Virus record (IMG/VR): IMGVR_UViG_3300035494_000040
Location: 1 to 37,802 of that record
Origin: a virus
Taxonomy: Duplodnaviria; Caudoviricetes
DNA length: 37,802 bases
Direction: 5' to 3' (one strand)
In this document: in pieces, positions 37,714 to 37,802 of the stretch
How positions within the stretch are numbered: the first letter of the stretch is position 1
Layout: every line of letters starts with the position of its first letter
Notes under the pieces: model-generated
What the model was told of the DNA's origin: nothing
The model's database searches: none
The model's input: the letters and a program-made list of their open reading frames with translations, nothing else
Translations under genes and position numbers: made by a program

Positions 37714-37802
37714 TTGACAACGCTAATCATTGAAGAAAAATGCCGAGAAATGATGATGTACGGCTATCAAGCAATAAAGCAGTTTCCAAAACATGAGCGC
37801 CA
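37714..37802 (+). CDS. avd: Avd-like accessory variability determinant, truncated by window edge
   Basis: GGAGG RBS, TTG start, MTTLIIEEKCREMMMYGYQAIKQFPKHER; L.I..K...Y......FPK.ER pattern of Avd four-helix proteins. Confidence 0.8.
   Translation, partial: MTTLIIEEKCREMMMYGYQAIKQFPKHER

Larger units (their letters stand above)
1..37802. mobile_element. Temperate lambdoid siphophage/prophage (partial: no integrase or att site in window)
   Basis: Continuous cI-cro-cII-O-P-nin-Q-lysis-terminase-portal-capsid-tail gene set; no host housekeeping genes seen. Confidence 0.97.

Overview
This window is most of a temperate lambdoid siphophage or prophage genome from a gammaproteobacterium. The SSB tail resembles Shewanella SSB as recalled, so the host assignment is inference. 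It runs from the PL early region through cI/cro/cII, O/P-type replication, nin-type genes, Q, lysis, packaging/head and lambda-type tail genes. A P22-like immI cassette (mnt/arc/sar/ant), rha and accessory genes sit between the tape measure gene and J. The strongest signal is at the right edge, the start of a diversity-generating retroelement (DGR). A tail-fibre gene ends in a CLec/FGE-type domain whose last 40 codons look like a variable repeat, followed by a GC hairpin with a GGTA loop and an unannotated TTG-start ORF resembling Avd that runs off the window. The template repeat and reverse transcriptase are not in the window. Other points: a -1 frameshift tail chaperone, a displaced tape measure gene, a frameshift-split HNH-like gene, a probably leaderless cI, readable operators and iterons, and several candidate structured RNAs and exclusion or anti-defence genes. 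All family assignments come from motif recognition, not database searches.
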